A program made the translations under genes and the position numbers. Source: Clarias gariepinus (lineage: Eukaryota). From it: DNA of 64,000 nucleotides. Each line of letters begins with the position of its first letter. The first letter of the stretch is position 1. The DNA lies in contig NC_071110.1 of NCBI RefSeq assembly GCF_024256425.1, positions 2,252,274 through 2,316,273 on the forward strand, in the 5' to 3' direction. Below are positions 58,601 to 64,000 of the stretch, piece after piece. The notes beneath the pieces were generated by a model that did no database searches, was not told the origin of the DNA, and worked only from the letters and a program-made list of their open reading frames with translations.

Positions 58601-61600
58601 TTAAAGACCAGGAAAAGGAGCGTTTGTTTGTGAATGTTAGAGAATTTTAATGGTGTTTTTTTTTTTTTTGGATGTAAATGCAAAATAAAATTTACTTAAG
58701 GCCTTCACGTTTAAAAATAATAATAATAAATTGGGATTAAAGATTTAAACTGATGTTGACTTGTGACAAAATTATTTAATCCAATTCAGTTTAAAAGTAT
58801 TTTTGGAAGAATTAAGAAAGTTTAACCCTTTGTGCACGTATGGATTTGTTAAGGCTGATTTTCTGTTTGATTTTCATGGTTTATCAGGGTTCATAGAGAT
58901 CTGTTTGTTTAAATCTAGAGATCGGGCTGCTTTAAGTCTGGAGATTTCTTTCACTTTGGTTAATAAAATTCTTCCTTGAAGGTATAGATCTCTCTGAAGC
59001 CAAAAATGGAATTGTTTTCTGTACTTTGCCTGTAATCGGGTTTGAAAAAATAAAAGAGCATCTGCTGTCATGATTGTTTGTTTATAAGTGTTTGAATCTT
59101 TATCCAGTGATATTAGAAATAAATGGAACATTACAGCTCTTTAGTGAAAGGAGCTCACATTTACTGAAAGCCCAGCGGCACTGGAGAATGTTTCGATTGT
59201 ATTAACAGCATCTGAGACCCAAGAGGCATCCTTTGAGAATGAGGTGATATCATCAGCCAGCTCAAAAATAACGATTTCTTCTTCTGCTTTTGTGATAACT
59301 TACAAGGGGTTAAGTAAAGAAATCACACAGTAACTGAGCACAAATCAGGAATAAGTACAGAGAGACAAGACAACCCTCTCTGACTGATCTAAATTAAATC
59401 TATGAAAGGTGCCAGAACACAATTGAATAGAACAAAAAAGGGAAATTAAATCTAGACATCTCCGAATTGCAAAATCTCCTGTGTTGGACACTTTGTAGAA
59501 ATAAAAAAAAAATAAAATAAAAAAAAACTCAGCATAGTCAGTAGAAATGTCTACATGGGTAATGTTGCTTCAATCTGACTTAAATAATTTCATTTAATTG
59601 TTTACAAGGATACTGATCTAATAATGTGATTACATACTCAAAGCATTTAATTAGAAAAACTTTCTTTGTCGTGTGATTCTGCCTGCTGTAAAGCATTTAA
59701 TCTCCCGGGCATAGAAGAAGAGGAAAAGGAGGGCAAGAGTTGATTTCAAGTCCACCATATAGGAATAGAACCAAAATTTCCCCCACGGAAACTTGCCACA
59801 TCACCTGCCCCCAAGTGGGGCAGCTTTAGTGATGGGGAGTTTGGATCATTTAAGTGACTCGGTTCTTCAAATCTTGTTCATCGAAACGAATCATTTAGTT
59901 CGTTTCATTCTTTTGATCAGAAATAAAATAAAATGTCACATTTTCGAAAAACAGACCCCCAAGACGTATACAGTAGATACACAAACTTGGGCTATAGTTC
60001 CAGTAATTAAAATATTTTAGTGCAGCTAAAAACATATTATGATAAAATGTAAGATTTACTTTGTGATAGAGTTTTATTTTAAAGGAAGAAATCTGATTTT
60101 CCACAATATACACTACAGTGGTCCATTACTGGAATGCAGACTGTTGATTCTTGTTGTAATGCTACAGCCTTATTTCTGACTCTTATAAACCTTTGACACT
60201 GTAAAGCTATATTAGAACTAAGATTATAAACACTTTATTTTGATGGGCTATTTTTTAAAGCAAAATGGTAGGAAATTTAATGTTATTTAAAAATGTATTT
60301 GCTGCACCTCTAAACCTTACAGTCACAATGAAATTATACTTTTTTGCTTTAATTAATTATTGGCATGAATTAGTGACTAAGCACCTAAAAATAGAAATTG
60401 TGTAATGGCTGATTTAATTTAAAAGCTTAATTAAAGGTTGATGAAAAAAATCTTTATAGAATTATAAAGTGTCATGATGCATCAGGATGACTGACTTATC
60501 TTAATAAAATGTTTTATTGTGATTATTTTTTACAAAATACAATGGATTCAATTGCATGCAGCAGCACAGGAAGATTAAGTTCCATTGTATGCATTGCAGT
60601 TTTAATGTTTCTTTAAAAAACAAAGATAAATCAGAATATTTGAGACATTGTACACTATTTTTTAATCAGTATAAAAATGAAATCTTACAACCGATTTAAA
60701 ATTTTACTAAGCACTTTTACTGACATTTAATTAATAATAAGAATTATATAATGATGATGATGATCTTTGCCTGTGTGTATATTTTGGTACACAAGTGTCA
60801 TTGTAGCTTTTTCCATTGTAGAAAAAAAAAACATTGACTGTACTGGTACTTCCAGTAAAATGTGCATTGTGAAGTTTAATAAACATAATATTTAATCATT
60901 AAAACATTTAGCAATATAGTAACAACTAGATAAAATACTGACAGACTCTTAACAGAGTCAAAACACAAACTACAAAACAACTTTTACTACTGGTTTAAAA
61001 ACCCATGTAAGACCCAGTACAGGTTATTTTACACAGTCATGAGTTCTCTGAAATCTTAAAAGTGAAATGAGCCCATCCACTGTGCGATACGAGTTTCTAT
61101 TTGCAAGATACACGGCGTTGAATCCAATGAGAGGTGCCAATGTAGATGAGACCAACTAGCTTTGACTGGTATCAATTTGAGCCTACAGTAGGTGGCTTGG
61201 GTATAACATTGCTATCTTTTGGGATAATAATGAAAAAATCTCAAAGTAAATACAGATGGAGCCACGCCAAATAGCCGCAACCGTGTGAATGGCGTACGGC
61301 TGCCCTATGCACGCCGTAATCCCCCCTCCTTTTCCTTCGAGAAAGGCGTGTCAAGATTTCACAGTAAACACGCCCATTCAAGCCCTATTTATGCATTTAC
61401 CTGGTTCCACCACTAGATGGCGCTTCGTTCTCAAGGACACGTTAACACAAGCCAGCAATTTAGCTGCGCTGAGTGGCAATCACGTGATTTTAACAACCCG
61501 CCCCCACCCCCACCGAACTGACGCTGCCAAACTGCACTAGAGATGAAGATGGCGGCATAATGGACTATTCGCGGTAAGCGGTGTTTTCATTTATAAAATT

Positions 61601-63117
61601 TGTTTGGGATTAGTTTACAGTTTATTTCCCAGTTTAGTTTTTTATCGGCCGTTTTGAAAATCACTGGCAGCACCAGCAGCGGTCAGATGTAACTTTAGAT
61701 AAGTTAATGATCTGTTTACCAAGTCTGGAGTTAACATTACAGCTTACTGTCAGTGTCAAAAACTCACAATGCCACTCCTCTTTAACTAAAAAAGACACTA
61801 AAGCTTCGAAAATACTATTTATGTCCCTATTACAAAAGCTTCACTAACGGTTTAAGAGTGTTTGTGCTCTATAAAAATGCCTTTAGAATCTGACCGCGTG
61901 TTGTCTGGATAAATTCAGCATTTATTTATTCTTTGGGTAAGAGTTAATCTGCAGGTTATTTCTGTGAATATAATGTGATGCAGTTCATGAAGGACACAAG
62001 CTGAGGATAGATGTACAGGAGCGCGTGAGCTAAACGTTTATAACCAGGTGACTTGGCGCGGTAGCGCGAGCGCTTAGTTACCGAGCTGGATAAAAACTCT
62101 GAAGTGTTTATCAGTTAAGGGGGAGGTGTGTGTGGGGAGGTGTGTGTGTGTGTGAGGAGGCGTGGGGGGCTTCAGTACTCGGGAAGTTATAGTTTGGCTT
62201 CAGAGATGAACTAATATATACGAGTGTTATATCGCTTAACTTAATTTGTATGAAAAGCGCATTAAGTAAATTCTCGGTTAATTTAATGCAGACGATAATA
62301 CAGACAGATCGGGGTTAACACTAACAAAGTTCAATGGTTAAAGTTAGCACAGTTTATTTACATTCCAGAATTCCCCAAAACAGTATTTTACACACTCTGT
62401 GGTGTAGGTTTACTAATATCTTTTATATTTATTACAACTAGATATTCTGTAAAGTTTATTTATCTTTGTCTTCACTAAATTCTCCTGTTGTCTTTAATCA
62501 GAGCTCTGCTGTGGAGGATTGGGGGGTCAGACGGATGACGGTTGGCCTTTTGGAGCTACTGGAGGAGCCTGAACAAGCTGCTGAGGGAGCTGTAGGAGGG
62601 ATGACGTCACAGTGCAACAGCTTACTTTCGTTACTAGACTATTTTGTCTGCAAGTGAAATACATCGATGCGTTAATAATTTACACCACGATAACATTACT
62701 GCAGAAGGATCTAGAGACGTGACTTTGAGACGTTCACAGTATATTCGAACCGTAGACAGTGTATATATATATTTTTTAATGTTCAAATTAACGTTTCAGA
62801 GTTGTCATCTGTTTACAGCGTAGGCTGATTTCGTGATTGAGACCCATGGGTTACATTGAAATAATTTTTATTAGTAGTAGTAAGCCAGGCTTTAGTAACC
62901 TTGGATAAATCACAATATAAGCCCTCTCTCGCGCACGCGCTCTCTCTCTTTCTCTCTCACACACAGAGTGGACTTTTCATGCTTCAAGCGGCTGTTTGAC
63001 GTGGCTCCCACTGTATGACCCCACAGCAAACCCGCTCTTGTTTCGTGAGTAAAAAGTCAGGGTGTGCCTCTTTTAGGTGAAATAGCAAAAATAGACACTT
63101 CTGTGTAATTTACCCCC

Positions 63118-63250
63118 TGTAGGGGTAGCTCAGTGGTTAGGGTATTTTATTACTGATTAGATAATCCCAAGTTCAAACCCCAACAACACCAAGTTGCCAC
63201 TGTTGGGCCCTTGATCAAGGCATCAACCCTTAACTGCTTACATGGATAAG
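63118..63250 (+). mobile_element. tRNA-derived SINE (family B) head, plus orientation
   Basis: gggtagctcagtggttagggta...ccaagttcaaaccccaacaacaccaagttgccactgttgggcccttgatcaagg. Confidence 0.6.
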
Positions 63251-63438
63251 GACATAAAATTACTCTGTCAGTAACTCATAGAATTATTATTCTAAATGAG
63301 ACCATAATTGTGACTGCAGCCCTAAGTATGTGGTAACCGTGCTCCTTTTACTTTGGATAAACCATTACCATCGAGAAAAAAAAACCAAACTTTAAACAGA
63401 TGTGAGAGATGGGTCTAACCCATGCATTTAAATTACAT

Positions 63439-64000
63439 TTACTTTAGATCACATAAATTCACAGCTGAGTTATAATAACATATCCTGAACCCAGCGAACA
63501 GAGGCTGAGTGAATGTGGTGCGGACTCTGTGGAGGAGACTCATCGTGTCAGAGATGCTGATAAAGGCCAGAGTTCCTGCACTGTGATCCACATACACTCC
63601 TATCCTGGATGGTGATGGACCTGGGAGCTTAGTCTGAATGTTGTTGTGCCAGAAAGATACAGAAGTAGGATAACATTGCAGATTCCAGGACTTACTGTTG
63701 TATCCAAAATCACACTCTTTACTCTCTCCTTTCCTCCTGATCTCTTTATATGAGACTGATACGTCCACACCCATACCCTTACACTCTACCTCCCAGTAAC
63801 AGCGTCCACACACACTCTCTCGACACAACACCTGAAGCGAGGAGTCAAACCTCTCTGGATGCTGACAGTATTGCTGTGCTTCCTTAACCCGTGTCACTGC
63901 TCTGCTCCTCTCAGACAGAATGAGCTGATCGTGTGCTGTGTTGGGATCCAGAGTCAGATAACGAAAATCTAAAGCGATAAAATGTCCACAGGTTAGATGT
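63439..64000 (-). CDS. B30.2/PRY-SPRY exon of a fish TRIM-like gene (finTRIM / bloodthirsty-like), 3' end with stop; continues past the window edge
   Basis: Minus-strand translation gives ...DPNTAHDQLILSERSRAVTRVKEAQQYCQHPERFDSSLQVLCRESVCGRCYWEVECKGMGVDVSVSYKEIRRKGESKECDFGYNSKSWNLQCY...RIGVYVDHSAGTLAFISISDTMSLLHRVRTTFTQPLFAGF..., the canonical B30.2 of teleost TRIMs. Confidence 0.75.
   Translation of the reverse strand, partial: HLTCGHFIALDFRYLTLDPNTAHDQLILSERSRAVTRVKEAQQYCQHPERFDSSLQVLCRESVCGRCYWEVECKGMGVDVSVSYKEIRRKGESKECDFGYNSKSWNLQCYPTSVSFWHNNIQTKLPGPSPSRIGVYVDHSAGTLAFISISDTMSLLHRVRTTFTQPLFAGFRICYYNSAVNLCDLK

Noticed and set aside
61289-62657. ORFs 61289-61540 and 62466-62657 as protein-coding genes
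   Set aside because: No recognisable domains and no phase-compatible splice partners. They are kept only as context for the possible promoter noted in the findings.

Overview
This window is eukaryotic: an AT-rich, microsatellite-rich fish genome (probably an otophysan teleost). It is not a prokaryotic locus. Most of it (15.4-58.4 kb, + strand) is one large multi-exon gene that I identify as TEP1, telomerase-associated protein 1. The protein reads TROVE domain, then DUF4062 ([14 protein letters not shown]), then a NACHT P-loop (GGAGVGKT), then many WD40 repeats, and ends ...GQIYFLSWKG*. I traced about 54 exons by AG/GT splice sites. The reading-frame phase is consistent across all but two junctions. 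One is an apparent +1 frameshift in a WD exon. The other is a gap where exons are probably missing. About 2.1 kb upstream of the first TEP1 coding exon, in the same orientation, sits a structurally intact BEL/Pao-type LTR retrotransposon (5468-13301). It has 576/577-bp LTRs that are about 99.5% identical, a 5-bp target-site duplication, and one uninterrupted 2002-aa Gag-Pol ORF. The ORF carries CCHC knuckles, a protease, a YVDD reverse transcriptase, an RNase H and an HHCC/DDE integrase. TEP1 introns contain several other elements: a Tc1-like transposon nested inside an older dispersed repeat, an internally deleted second Tc1, an ERV-like pol relic, an antisense Ty3/gypsy relic, and multiple tRNA-derived SINE copies. 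The first 940 bp are a decayed LINE reverse-transcriptase tail. The last ~560 bp (- strand) are a partial B30.2/PRY-SPRY exon of a fish TRIM-like gene. All exon coordinates are hand-derived and approximate. No homology searches were run.
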